Part shown: in pieces, positions 33,920 through 46,132 of the stretch
How the letters are laid out: the number at the start of each line of letters is the position of its first letter
Numbering within the stretch: position 1 is the first letter of the stretch
Assembly: GCA_025603075.1 (NCBI GenBank)
Contig: MU626327.1
Coordinates: 1-64,000, forward strand
DNA: 64,000 nt
Direction of reading: 5' to 3'
Source: Neoconidiobolus thromboides FSU 785
Lineage: Eukaryota; Fungi; Entomophthoromycota
Position numbers and translations under genes: made by a program
Notes under the pieces: generated by a model
The model's database searches: none
What the model saw: only the letters and a program-made list of their open reading frames with translations
Told to the model about the DNA's origin: nothing

Positions 33920-35821
33920 TTATTTCTTATTGCTTGTCATTATTGGCCTCATTGAACATGAGGATATAAACCCAACACTAAAAAACGCAATAAAACCATA
34001 AAAAATTGTACGGAATCCAAGTTTATAACATGCTACCAACCCTTGCCTTAACTGCGACTCTAACTCCAAAATCAAAGATGGTTTATCTATTAACATATCA
34101 ATGTCTAACTTTTGTTTAAATTGTTCTAATAACTCTTTCAAAACATTGAAATAAATAGCATCAGCAGCAATTATACCAATCACTCCACCAAAACTAAAAA
34201 AGAATTTATTAACTATCTTAACCTCTTGGATGTCTTCTGCTTTAACAGCTAATTCAGAAATGCTACCAGTTATCTTTAAACTGAGTCCTATGCTCACACC
34301 CACTAATGCTACAAACAGATAAAACAATCCTGGTTTAGCAAGCTGATATGAAGCTATAGCTAATAAGCAACTGGCTACTACGCCAAGCCCGGTACTTAAA
34401 ATTAAATACCATCGATATACAGTGAATTTCTTAATGATTAAGCTGATCGCTAGATAACCTAATAAAAGACTGAAAATGATTGTAATAATTGTTGGTGTGG
34501 TTTGATTTGCAGTCAAACTAAAAGTAATCTTATAATAATAAGGGATAAAGATGAAGCCAATGAATAGAACAGCGCCATTAAAAAATGAAATTAAACAGCA
34601 TAAAATCACATTATGATAAAATAAGTGAGCTGGTAAAGTGGGCTGTTTTGATATATATTTTTGGGAGTAAATGAATAGGAAAAGGAATAGTACAGAAATA
34701 CAAAGCGGAAGTAAAGCTTGATAAGAAGACCAAGGATAGATTAAGGAGGTGCGATTTAGTGAAAGAGAGAGCAAAGTTGTAAATAAAAATAGAGAAACAG
34801 AACCGATAAAATCAAAGTTATGTAGTTTAACTTGTAAACTTGTATCTTTACTTTTACGTGGTAAAAATAAAAGTAATATAACAATAGCGACTGAAGAAGT
34901 AGGTATGCTAATATAAAAACACCAACGCCACGATAATTGAGTCATAAATAAGCCAACTAACATAGAAGCAGAAACAGAAGCAGCAATAAAAAACAAGGTA
35001 TAGATTATCATATAAGTTTTTAGTCTATAAGCTGGTACCAACTCTTTAATAATGACATTACATAATGTAGGTAATCCACCTCCACCAATACCCGCGATTG
35101 CTCTTCCAACAATCAGCATTGTTAAATTAACTGAAGTAGAAGAAATTATAGTACCTATGAGGAAAGAAATTAAAGCTAATAAAATAATGGCCTTATAACT
35201 GAAGACATAAATTAGCCTTTTATATTGTCTTTCCATAATAAAAGAGGTAAGTAAGTAAGCTATACCAAATAAACCCAATTTAGAATATTCATCAAAATTA
35301 GAAGCTATTGGGACAAGTAAAGATGTAGCTAAAATTCGATCATAACCAGTGGTTATGTAAGTTAAAAATAGACCGAACAATAATAAAGTGGTTCTGAATT
35401 TTGTTAAACGTACTTTAGTATCATCAATGTTTAATACTATTGTTGCCTCATCTCCTTTGGAGTTATCATTAAATTCATTATTGACATTAGATTCTATATG
35501 TTGTAAATTATCACTAAATACTAACGGCTTAGTTTCTGTGTTATTGAGTAACTCAAGCTGTTTATCATTGTTATTGATATTTGTATTGATGCTATTATTA
35601 TTATCAACAATGTTTTTTCTGTTCCCATCTATGACATTCTTACTTTTGCTATTGTTTGTTATGCCATCTTTGTTATTGAAATCCGCTTGCTCCTTTTGAG
35701 GTTGATCTCTCGCTTCGGGCTTGTTATATTGAATATCATTTAACTTAAATTCTTCACTTTCAATGTTGACGGTTTTCTCCACCTTAGTTCCACTTAACTC
35801 AATTTCTTTACTTTCTTCCAT
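33920..35821 (-). CDS. MFS transporter, 14-TM drug:H+ antiporter (DHA2/MDR-like), 633 aa
   Basis: LIVGRAIAGIGGGG and LSWRWCFYISIP motifs, many TM segments, long hydrophilic N-terminus. Confidence 0.92.
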   Translation of the reverse strand: MEESKEIELSGTKVEKTVNIESEEFKLNDIQYNKPEARDQPQKEQADFNNKDGITNNSKSKNVIDGNRKNIVDNNNSINTNINNNDKQLELLNNTETKPLVFSDNLQHIESNVNNEFNDNSKGDEATIVLNIDDTKVRLTKFRTTLLLFGLFLTYITTGYDRILATSLLVPIASNFDEYSKLGLFGIAYLLTSFIMERQYKRLIYVFSYKAIILLALISFLIGTIISSTSVNLTMLIVGRAIAGIGGGGLPTLCNVIIKELVPAYRLKTYMIIYTLFFIAASVSASMLVGLFMTQLSWRWCFYISIPTSSVAIVILLLFLPRKSKDTSLQVKLHNFDFIGSVSLFLFTTLLSLSLNRTSLIYPWSSYQALLPLCISVLFLFLFIYSQKYISKQPTLPAHLFYHNVILCCLISFFNGAVLFIGFIFIPYYYKITFSLTANQTTPTIITIIFSLLLGYLAISLIIKKFTVYRWYLILSTGLGVVASCLLAIASYQLAKPGLFYLFVALVGVSIGLSLKITGSISELAVKAEDIQEVKIVNKFFFSFGGVIGIIAADAIYFNVLKELLEQFKQKLDIDMLIDKPSLILELESQLRQGLVACYKLGFRTIFYGFIAFFSVGFISSCSMRPIMTSNKK

Positions 35822-37444
35822 TCTTGACTTAATCTTCTAAAAAATTAACAAAAAGCACAATGGGACATTCCAATCTTTATATTATATAGTTTTTATCCAC
35901 TTGTTATTAGTTTCTATTTATGAATTAAAATTCCTTTATTAGTTGTAAGAATAAAATGTAAATAAATGAAAATGTTCTGAGCTCAGTTTATTCATTTTTT
36001 TTCTCTAGAATTGTTTGAGTGATTGTCTTGAGGCTGAGATAAAAAGATAAAACTAAAATTAATTGGATGATTTTTTTTAATAAAAATCAAGTTGAAGACA
36101 ACTACAAAAATAAACATACAGTACAAAACAAAGTAACATTTAAAATTTTCAAACAACTTGAATAAATTTAAAACCTTGACTAAATTAAAAAACATTAAAG
36201 TTTAAATTAAATTAAATTAAAGCATTAAATCCCATTTATAAATGATTTTTATTTTCATTTTTTTGTTAATTTTTTAAGTAATGGAATTTAAAATTTATTA
36301 GGAGTATGAAAGAAAAGACATCTTCAATGTGTTTCAGGATCCAACAAAAAGGCAGCCATTTTCACAACATTGATACTCTAATGAATTTTCAAAAGGGCCA
36401 AAACCAAAGTGGTTTATTAGTAAATGTAGCTACTACAAATGAAAGTCATAAGTACAAACGTTATTATGTAATGTCGAAATTTATCACTTTGAGAATTCAC
36501 TTACAGGGTTGTTAGACTATCAACAAATAAAAGAAACATAAAATGACAGGTTTATGATTTATTCAAGTTGTTACCTTTAGAAAAACTTATAACTAGGAAG
36601 AAATTGGCCCTTGAGTCTAAATTAATCAATGCTACTATCTATCATTCTAAAGGTTAAGTTAAATAAGCTGGTTATACCAAGATAAAATTTCTATTGAAAT
36701 ACTGCTATACAAACATTACTATTAGACATTTTAAGGAGACATAAAAAATAGTTTTCATTATTCTATTCAGCTTTATTAAAATTATTTTAATTCATCCCAA
36801 CTGTTTTTCAAAGCGAAATTCCATTTTTTGGCTTTAGAAAAAAATTCCTTCAACAATCTTTTAGATTAGTTTTTGGTACTTTATTTGAATCAAAGAATTT
36901 GCATTTAGTGTGCAGGTCTTTAAATATTTAAAGCCAAGCTTTTATTTTCTCCAAAAGGACTTTGAACTTAAATGAGAGTGTATAAATGAGAATATTAAGA
37001 TACAAAAACAAAAACAAGCTAAAAAACTTCATAACTTGCTCATCTAAAAACTAACTCTTTTACCTACCAAATTAAAAAACCCATGGTTTACTGTGTAGTT
37101 AGGCAAGCTATCTATTGATTGGCTATTTTTTTGAACGTCAGATGTCAAAAAGGAAATAAGCTAAATAACTACAATGTGGCCCATAAGTAGGATAGATTTC
37201 TATAGTTTTATGCAGCTTTCAGTAGGAATTACGACTTTATTCCTGTAAAATTGATTTTTTATGACTTGGACTAAATACTTGCCTATAAATTGAATGGAAT
37301 TCCCAATCTTATTTTATGCTGGGCATTTTATTTCACTAAAATTTATATCTATAACCTTGGATTAGAATAGTAACCCCTACTGAAACCTGGATAAAAACCC
37401 TATTATAACTTACTTACCTGTTATCTGGAAAAAAAGCAAACAAA

Positions 37445-37495
37445 TGGATCATATGTAAAAATCTATCAAATTTGTAGATTTTTATGTATGATCCA
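37445..37495. repeat. 51-bp near-perfect palindrome
   Basis: tggatcatatgtaaaaatcta-t-caaatttg-tagatttttatgtatgatcca. The arms match at 19/21 positions and the centre is self-complementary. Confidence 0.85.
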
Positions 37496-38159
37496 ACAAA
37501 TGTGCTACTTTGAGCTTAATTAGTTGATATATTTTTAATTTATACAACATTCAAAGGTATATCTTTTTGAACAAAATCTCACTTTCAATTTCAGTTTAAA
37601 CTATTAGATTTGATCCAATATTGGAAAGAAACTATAATTTAGCTGTTATATCTCTTTATTTACATGAATTATACTTAAAAGTATATCAAGTTGATAAATT
37701 TTTACACATGATCTCGTTTGTTTTTGAAATTATATCAAGTCGTTCGAAATGCTCTTGTACGAAAATTCATAGATATTGAAAAAGTATCAATTTTTGATTG
37801 CAACAGTTAATTTTTCTTAGTTATAAAAAGGAATGTATTTTAATCCAAAATTCTAAATTGGTGTTGCAACTAATAACTAATCATTCTCTAATATGCAAAG
37901 ATCTATACAGAAATATTTCAGATGACCTGATATTTTCTTATCTGCAAAAACAAAGTACTCTAAAATTTGAATTTTAAATTCCAAAATAAAATTCAAAACA
38001 AAGGCTAATCACAGTAATAATTTATTTAGGTTGAAGCATTTCTATTGGTCGATTTATTTTTGACAATACTTTTTTTCAAAGTAGTTCATCGTAACCATTC
38101 AAATCATTCCAAATTAAAACAATATTAACCTTTATTTCTTTCAAATAAACTACACTACA

Positions 38160-41100
38160 ATGGTCAAAAACAGCAATTGTAGCTCTCAAAAAACTAGAGG
38201 AAGACCGCCAAAGAATGGTGTAAAACATAAGAGCACCGTGAATAATTTAACTAATGAGATGCCAACAAAGATCAGCAACTTTTTTTCAGAATATTTGAAA
38301 TTCCCCAAGCTTGCTTCATCTAAAAGTAATCATGAAATCATAACTCAATTCAACCAGGCTAAAGAAACTAAAAATAAAGTCGATTCTGTCCCTAGCACAA
38401 GTCTAACTAATCAGCTGCCAATTGAAGAAGAAACAACAACTCCAAACCCAAAAATCATCTCAATCAAAAACGACCGTAGTACTACAGCTCAATCCAAACA
38501 GATTAAAGGAATTAATAATAACCTCAATCTCATTTCAAATAAAGGGTTAGTTACCCAATTGATGAGTGATGAAGAGGTCTTAACTGTAGGTCCAGAAAGT
38601 AGCATGACTGCAGTTTCGATAGATAATCATAATCAAATCGGGAAAGTTCAAGTTAGAAGATCATCGCGCATTAAGGAAAAGAGCAAAGAAAGAAAAAGAA
38701 GAAGAGAAGAAAAGTGTGAAAGGAGAAGATTGAAGAAACTCGAAGCTGAATTATCAAAAACGAGGGAAGGTGTAATGGAATCTAAAATACCTAATGTAGC
38801 AAATAAACTATTATCTGTAAATACAGAAGAATCTCGTAATATAATCGAATCGAAAATAAATCTAAATGATAATGCATTAGAGTCTAAGAGAGCTAAAGTA
38901 GGAAGTAAATTATTAGCAGTGGTAATTGATAACCGTGCTAAATTAGCTGAGCTAAAAAATAAAAATAGTAGTGCTACACGAAATATCAACAAGGCTAGGT
39001 TAGCCATCAAAACCGGAAAACCTCGTAGGAAGGCGCCCGAATCCACCTATATTCCACCCGGTAACTGCTTCGGATCAGGTCAGGTAAGCGAATCCGAACA
39101 AGCCTCACCAATCCCTGGCATACGTACATCTTCATTTAGCATGAATCCTTATATCAACACTATGAATATCAATCAAAATGAGAGCATCGAACAAGTTCGC
39201 ATGGAGGTAGAGCAAAATTCAAACGCCTCTATTAATTTTGATCAATTTAATAATAATCCCAATAGCTCCCTTAATGTAGTAGATACTATCTATGACATGA
39301 GTAGTGTTATAAATTCAGTAGAAAAAAAAAGTGAAGAAATATACGAGACAAAGGTTCAAGAAGAGAAAGAAAAAGAAGAAAAAGAAACTATAGAAGAATG
39401 TGAAAAAATCGAAGAAGAAAGCGAAGAAGAAGCAGAGAAGGGTTGCGATCTTTTATTAAAAAACCGTAAATTAGCGAAATCTAATAGCTTTACTGACACG
39501 AATATATCTCCTATCGGTTCAAATAGTCATATAAATACCAGTAGTCCAAAACCACCTCAATTTCAATTATCATCAAACGAAGCAACAAATGAATATGTCT
39601 CTGATGATAACAGTTATGTTGCTGGTAAATATTTAGAATGTGATCCTATGGACACAAATAACATTGAGCCAAATTCGGATGACTTTTTTAGCATCCCAGA
39701 AGAATTTATGGAGGATAATAAGCAAGTTTCTGAAGAGCCAGAAGACCCTAATGTCCCCTCTCCTAAATTACATATGTTCTCATTTCAGAAAAATAAATCA
39801 CAAGCTTCAACTGATCAAGAGTGTGAGTCAATAAATACAACTCCTTCACCTAAACCTAAATCTACTCGCCCACGTCTATTCACATTTCAAGGTGATAACT
39901 TCGGTCAATATAGAGTAATTAAATCAACACAACAGAGATACAATGAAGACCAAGAGTCATTTGAAGGTAGAAGAAAAGCAAGGAAATCTAACAATACTGT
40001 ACTTAATCAATTCAATGACTCAGACACACTATTCAATCACTTAAGAGGAGAAATCTTACGAATAAATGGACAAATAGAATCAACTTTCAAAGACATTGAC
40101 ATTGAGTCTATTACCAGCAATGAGATATATAATATGCACCAATATTATCAATTTTTAATAAAACAAAGAAAGGAAATTGAAAAATTAATGATAAATATAG
40201 TTTCAAATAGACTTCCCGCTAAGAAGAAAGAGCAATATTCTACTTCTGCTCATTTTAAAGCCTTAAATAACAAAGCAACAACAAAGAGTGCAGTTTTAAA
40301 TAATATACCGTCAAATAGTAGATATGTATTACCACCAAAGACCCAAAGGGATCCGTTTAGTTCTTATGATAATCTTTTGAGGGTGGATCCAGTTGTAAAA
40401 TATCTGACCAATGAACGAAAACGCCTTGATGAGCTTATTCATAAACATAATGAACAATATATAATAAATCAGGCTTCAGATCAACCACAAAAGAAAAAGA
40501 AAAAGCGTATAAATGAGTGTGATATAGCAGAATATACCAATTGTCATAATCACCAAGTATCTTCAGTCAATGCTCGGAATCAGAATATTTTCTCGAATGA
40601 ACAAAGATACTATTCTAAAGGTGATAATCATAGTCAATCAAATTTTAGACAATTTGAGTATCTTCAACCATTACTGGGGACAGATAGAGCACAGAACCCA
40701 ACTTATGAATATGGAAGGATAACTCAACAACTAGGAGACTCATCAAATTGTTCACCAGAGCATGTTTCTTTCCATATTAACAAAACTAACCATACCAATA
40801 GGACTAAACCATATACAGGATATAAGATTGGCTCTACCAATGAAGATTATAGCACTAATTCGATCTCACATCATCAATATGATTGTTTTTCTCATCAAAA
40901 CCTTATTTCTCCTTCTGGTAAGGTTGATATCAAAGCTCAGCAACATCAATTCGCTTTTGAATACAATGGCCATATCCCTAGTACTCCAGAATATCAGCCC
41001 ATTTCTGAATATAATCAATATACACCTACTAACTTTAACAATAAACAAAAAATTACAGCTGCTATAGACAGCGGATCTAAATTTGACACTATTGATCAGG

Positions 41101-41282
41101 ATACTATTAACAAAGAAAGAATCAATAGAATAGCAGATAAAGTCCTTGAAAACTCAGCGATATCCAGTGAAGAAATAGAAGAAATAGAGAGCTGGCTCAG
41201 ATCTGAAGACGTAGAAACATATATTGATTATATTAACTCTGATGTTACTTTTGATTATTTTACTGGTAATATCGAAAACTAG
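38160..41282 (+). CDS. 1040-aa low-complexity protein with an N-terminal AT-hook (TRGRPPK) and basic NLS-like tracts
   Basis: Long uninterrupted ORF in AT-rich DNA. RGRP motif plus KERKRRREEK and KKKKKR tracts. No other recognisable domain. Confidence 0.85.
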   Translation: MVKNSNCSSQKTRGRPPKNGVKHKSTVNNLTNEMPTKISNFFSEYLKFPKLASSKSNHEIITQFNQAKETKNKVDSVPSTSLTNQLPIEEETTTPNPKIISIKNDRSTTAQSKQIKGINNNLNLISNKGLVTQLMSDEEVLTVGPESSMTAVSIDNHNQIGKVQVRRSSRIKEKSKERKRRREEKCERRRLKKLEAELSKTREGVMESKIPNVANKLLSVNTEESRNIIESKINLNDNALESKRAKVGSKLLAVVIDNRAKLAELKNKNSSATRNINKARLAIKTGKPRRKAPESTYIPPGNCFGSGQVSESEQASPIPGIRTSSFSMNPYINTMNINQNESIEQVRMEVEQNSNASINFDQFNNNPNSSLNVVDTIYDMSSVINSVEKKSEEIYETKVQEEKEKEEKETIEECEKIEEESEEEAEKGCDLLLKNRKLAKSNSFTDTNISPIGSNSHINTSSPKPPQFQLSSNEATNEYVSDDNSYVAGKYLECDPMDTNNIEPNSDDFFSIPEEFMEDNKQVSEEPEDPNVPSPKLHMFSFQKNKSQASTDQECESINTTPSPKPKSTRPRLFTFQGDNFGQYRVIKSTQQRYNEDQESFEGRRKARKSNNTVLNQFNDSDTLFNHLRGEILRINGQIESTFKDIDIESITSNEIYNMHQYYQFLIKQRKEIEKLMINIVSNRLPAKKKEQYSTSAHFKALNNKATTKSAVLNNIPSNSRYVLPPKTQRDPFSSYDNLLRVDPVVKYLTNERKRLDELIHKHNEQYIINQASDQPQKKKKKRINECDIAEYTNCHNHQVSSVNARNQNIFSNEQRYYSKGDNHSQSNFRQFEYLQPLLGTDRAQNPTYEYGRITQQLGDSSNCSPEHVSFHINKTNHTNRTKPYTGYKIGSTNEDYSTNSISHHQYDCFSHQNLISPSGKVDIKAQQHQFAFEYNGHIPSTPEYQPISEYNQYTPTNFNNKQKITAAIDSGSKFDTIDQDTINKERINRIADKVLENSAISSEEIEEIESWLRSEDVETYIDYINSDVTFDYFTGNIEN

Positions 41283-41902
41283 AGAATAACTAATATTGGT
41301 GAGAGTGACTTTTGTAATAGTGGTATTTTTCATTTAATATTAGTAACAAATAATAGCGCTTGGAGACTATTACTAAGTCCTAAACTTTTTATGAAATCAT
41401 TTAATCTCAGTTCACTTTCTCTGATTCTTATTAACAAGGACAGTAATAACTTCTAAGCTATCCTTTCCAAATATAATAGCTAATAATAAACTTTACTTTT
41501 TTTAATTTTTCAATTTTGATATGTTCTTTCGTACTTATGTTTTCGCATCTTTTATCCCATTTGATCCTTAATCTTAATATAAATGGAATAACTTTGTATA
41601 GTTAACTATCTTGTATTTAACCTTTATGTGAAATAAATATAAAGACTATGACTAAAAATCTGATAGTTAAGCATTAAATAATTAGAATGGAATAATCTAC
41701 CTCATTTCTGTCCATATATTAGCTATTTGAAACCTTTTTAAAAGATCTGAGCTACAAGGTATAAATGATAAAGGTCGCCTTCAAATTCGTATAAGGCTCA
41801 CTTCTAACAAGAAATTCAATTTATTGCTCAACTCAGTATTTCAAAGAATTAACATCGTTGGATAGAGACATATTTCATGAAATTTTTTTATAAAAAAGTA
41901 TT

Positions 41903-42000
41903 TAGAGGTGCTTTTTTGATTTCATCACTTTTTCCATTTTCTAAGTACTATCGAACAGAAAGGTTGTTAGCAAACTTTCAATACAAAAAATACACCTCCA
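41903..42000 (-). mobile_element. MITE copy 18 (diverged)
   Basis: tagaggtgcttttttgatttcatcac...aaaaaatacacctcca. Confidence 0.8.
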
Positions 42001-42792
42001 TTTAGATTACATTTTATAATGCTTAATACTGTCTTTGATTTACTCCCTTATAGAGAATGCAAACTTCAGCTAGTTCAGCAATAGCAAAAACCTTAACTGG
42101 GACATGAATAATACATAGTATACATATATATTACATTTATAACTGTTATTAATATATATCCATAATTGATTTAAAATTATATATACATGTTTTTTATACT
42201 TACATTTATTTATTCATTTTTTAGGCAATAAGATCTAAAAAATTACTAAAATATGAATTAATTAAACATTTAGTCAGATATAAAACTTGAAGCTTTGAAG
42301 GACTTACGCTTTTAAACATGATATAGCTCTAACACATACAATTCTAACTCTAACCCAGCCCTGATATAGTTTCAACTTTATAACTGATGTCAAGATGTTT
42401 TAAAATGTCGTCAGAATTTAATACAGTATTTTAAATTGGAAGTTGTTCATATATCTTCTAAATTTATTTTATTGATTTTTTAATCCAATTTGTATTTTCA
42501 AAATTTTATGTAAAAGCTTAATGCTTGAACAGTTGTTTAAACCGATCAGATTTTACCTTTAAAAAAGAATGATGTTTAAAAATTTTAACTTGGGCTAAAT
42601 ATTATAAGCATCTTATTAATAAGCTTCAACTTTAAAGCCCAATCATATGCTGCGCATATCTAAAATTAGTTGGACTTTGCTTAACATCAGCTTCAAAACC
42701 AAGTATTTTAGCCAATAGTGATAAGCTTTGCATTAATATAAACAAGAAATTAAAGCAATTTAAACCAAAAGTTTAACTTTTATAATTTACAA

Positions 42793-45042
42793 ATGAACAC
42801 CAAGATTAGCAACATTACCAAAGCCACTATGGATAACAAGGAAAAGAAAGAAAAGAACGAAAAGAACGAAAAGAACGAAAAGAACGAAAAGAAAGAGAAG
42901 AGCGAAAAGAGTATCGAAACTGAAAATGAAGAAGTTTGTATCATTTGTGCAAAAGAGATCTCTTTTTACGCTATTGGATCTTGTAACCATGCTTTCTGTC
43001 ACTTATGTAGTTTAAGGTTACGCGCACTTTATAAATCAAACCATTGTCCTATCTGTAAGGTAATTCAAAAAAAATAGCAAGTTTGAGTTTAATTTAGAAA
43101 CTTAATTATTAGACAAACCAAGATGTAGTCGTATTTACTGAAACCAAATCAAAAACGTTTGAGGAGTTTAATCTTAAAGAAATGGTAATGGATGATAAGC
43201 TCAAAATTTATTTCAAGGATGAAAAAAATCGAGTTGATGCTTTAAAAATACTACAATATAATTGCCCATTTAAGGATTGTGATTTTATTTCTCTTGTTGG
43301 ATTTCATAAATTACAAAGCCACGTTACAGCTGCTCATAATAAGTTATTTTGGTAAGCTCTATTTATCAAAGTAGGAAGAAAAAGTATTTATTGATATACT
43401 TTAGTAATGTGTGTGCGCATAATAAAAAAGAGTTTTGTGAAGATATGGAATTATACTCAAGAAAAGAGTTGGCACGTCATATGAAATATGGCAGTGATAA
43501 AGTATTAGGAAAAGATGATGGTTTCCGTGGCCATCCAGAATGCAGGTTTTGTAATGCTTCATTTTTTGATAACGATGGGCTTTATGAGCATCTTAAGAAA
43601 AAACATGAATCTTGTTTTGTTTGTCAAAGGCTTAATCCACGAGACCAATCTTATTATAAAGATTACGCTGAACTGGTAGTCCTATAATACCTTAAAAAAC
43701 GCTAAATTATAATACAATTTTAGGAAAAACATTTTGAAAAAGAGCATTTCGTATGTAAAGAAAAGGATTGTTTGGAAGAGAAATTTGTAGTATTTGAAAG
43801 TTTAATAGATTTAAGAGCTCATGAAGTAAATTAACTTTTTGCGTTGTAAACTTTAATTTAATAATCTATTTAGCTAGAAAAACATACTGATAAATTTAGT
43901 AAAATACAAAGGGCAAAAATGAAAAAAGCACTCCAAGTCAACTTGGAGTTCAAATACTCACGAGAAAAAGAACAAGAACCCTCTAATTCAAGACGAAGGG
44001 AACAAAAGGTAACTGCTTTCTATATTGCGTTCAAATTTTTTATATTACTTAGAATGGATCATCAAATGAAAATACACCTAAACCAACCAGAAGAGTGAAC
44101 GCGCCTGCTGGATTTGGTATAGTTTCGAATCCTTCTCCACCAGCTGAAGCTCCGATAGTAGTCCAAAACGAAGAGGTAACACCATTGATAGCAGAAGAAA
44201 AATGGCCGGACCTGAATGGACAGATAACTACCCCTAAAGCAACACCAAAGGCACCAACATTTGCAGATAAAAAAGATTTCAAAAATAAAGAGTTATGGCC
44301 CGAGTTATCAGAGTTAGGACCTAGTAGCTCAAAACCGATAGCACAATCAAAAAAATCAAATGGCTCATCATGTAATCTTTATTCAAAGCAGATGGCTGAT
44401 AAACGACCTCCATTACCAAAAGATTCAACTATATTTGATCGTAAAAATGCACCGTCGTTGAGTCAACCTACCCTTACTTCATCTTTCTCGATACCAAGTT
44501 CAACATTAGAACAAATAGCACCATTGGTAAATCGAGACAAAGGTAAAATGGACGCTGTCAAAGAATTTGGGGTGTTATTTTTTAATGGAATGATGCAGCC
44601 TAGGGAATATTTGCTTAATCTAGCAGCAAGTCTAGAATCTCATAGTACAACTTCAGAGCAATCACAAGCTAATGCTATTAAAATAGCAAGTCTTTTAATT
44701 GATCATTTGGACAAAACAAAGGCAGTTCGATTACAAGTAGCTATCAGAGAAATAAAAAGTAAAAATGAGGCTTTCCCAGGGCTTCCATCAAAACCTAAAT
44801 CTAAAAATGAAAATAATGGAGTCAATACTAGAAAAGTGCTAGTGATTAAACCTAATGGTACATCAATACCAAAACCTAAACTTAAAAATAGTAATGTCAG
44901 TAAACCTAGCTTCCCTCAACCCATTCTTTCTTCTTCTAGTACACAGACAAATGATGATATGAGTAAAATATCCAGTAATGGTAAGAATAAAGATAATAAA
45001 CACAAAATCAAAGGTAAAAAGATGGATTGGACTCAATTGTAA
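42793..45042 (+). CDS. HEL2: RING + C2H2 ribosome quality-control E3 ligase, join(42793..43059,43113..43351,43405..43675,43724..43825,43874..44008,44053..45042), 667 aa
   Basis: CIICAKEISFYAIGSCNHAFCHLCSLRLRALY RING followed by GFRGHPECRFC and HLKKKHESCFVC zinc fingers. All five introns are GT-AG and frame-consistent. ZNF598 family. Confidence 0.9.
42838..42900 (+). repeat. Coding 9-bp repeat (GAAAAGAAC, EKN repeats) in HEL2 exon 1
   Basis: Directly visible; encodes EKKEKNEKNEKNEKNEKKEK. Confidence 0.85.
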
Positions 45043-45230
45043 TTAAGTTGAGATAGAAAAATTAATAAAAAATTATATTTTATTACTAACTAGTGTTCTT
45101 TAAAGTTTATTATGTCTTGGATTTCATAAAAATTACTAACCTTAGTTATATTTCTATTGTATTAAACTGCTTTGATTATAACATTAAATAGTAGAAACAT
45201 TACAATATCTTTGAAAGCCAACTATTGAAA

Positions 45231-45751
45231 TTATTTAGAATCACATTCCATATTTATAAAAGAAGTAAGATGTTCTTTTTCAAAAGTCTCCAAACTCCAT
45301 GATGTATTGCTCAGCTTCTCTTCGCCCCCAATCCAAGTATAAACCATAGCCATTTCTTTAGACTTACTGCCATTATCCTTAATAACTTCGACCACTATTT
45401 GAGTTCTATTATAATCCTAGCCATTCTATTAATTATTTATTTTATTTATGAAAGTTTGAATTACTTCGCCTTCAAAGCGATCTAACTTTACAATATCTTC
45501 TTCTGTTACATTTTTAAATAACTTCCCTTCTGTCAATTCGCCATCTGAGAAATAAATCCCTGGATATAGTGCTCCTTTAACTGTTACTCGTTTGTAATCC
45601 TAATATGATCCTTTTTATGTATATTCTTCTCAACTATTATTGTGTTTACCTTCAAAGTTGCAGGCAATAGTGTAAACTCTGTTTTTGGGCTCAATACTCT
45701 TTTTAAAACTGTAAGGTTTTGTAGACTACCATAAATAAATAGATCTTTCAT
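45231..45751 (-). CDS. AIG2-like gamma-glutamylcyclotransferase, complement(join(45231..45416,45465..45599,45650..45751)), 140 aa; not in the ORF track
   Basis: MKDLFIYGSLQN (YGSL motif), YPGI, LDRFEGE.DY and VYTW are GGCT/AIG2 fold motifs. Two GT-AG introns keep the frame. Confidence 0.88.
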
Positions 45752-46132
45752 TTCAAAAATAAATTTAAGATTGTGACATTCTTTATTCTTGTTAGATTTA
45801 TATTTATATGCTGATAAAATTCATGCAGTTCAAAAATAGCACAAAATACAACTGCAACAACAAATATTCTTTATATTTAAATACAGGATGCCCAAGCCTG
45901 GCGGGTGTCTCAAAAAAGATATTTATTTTGGAATTAGATGTTATGCTATTTTTAAACCGCATGAGTCTTACCAGAATATTAGTACCTACCTAACATTCTC
46001 ATTTTCAAAAAATAAATTTATTGTGATTTTCTAAAAGTAATACTAGACTATTATAGTACCAATGTAAAATTCAATAATAGAAGTATTCAAAAGAAAATGT
46101 GATTTAATAAAACGAAGTATTAGTTTAATAGT

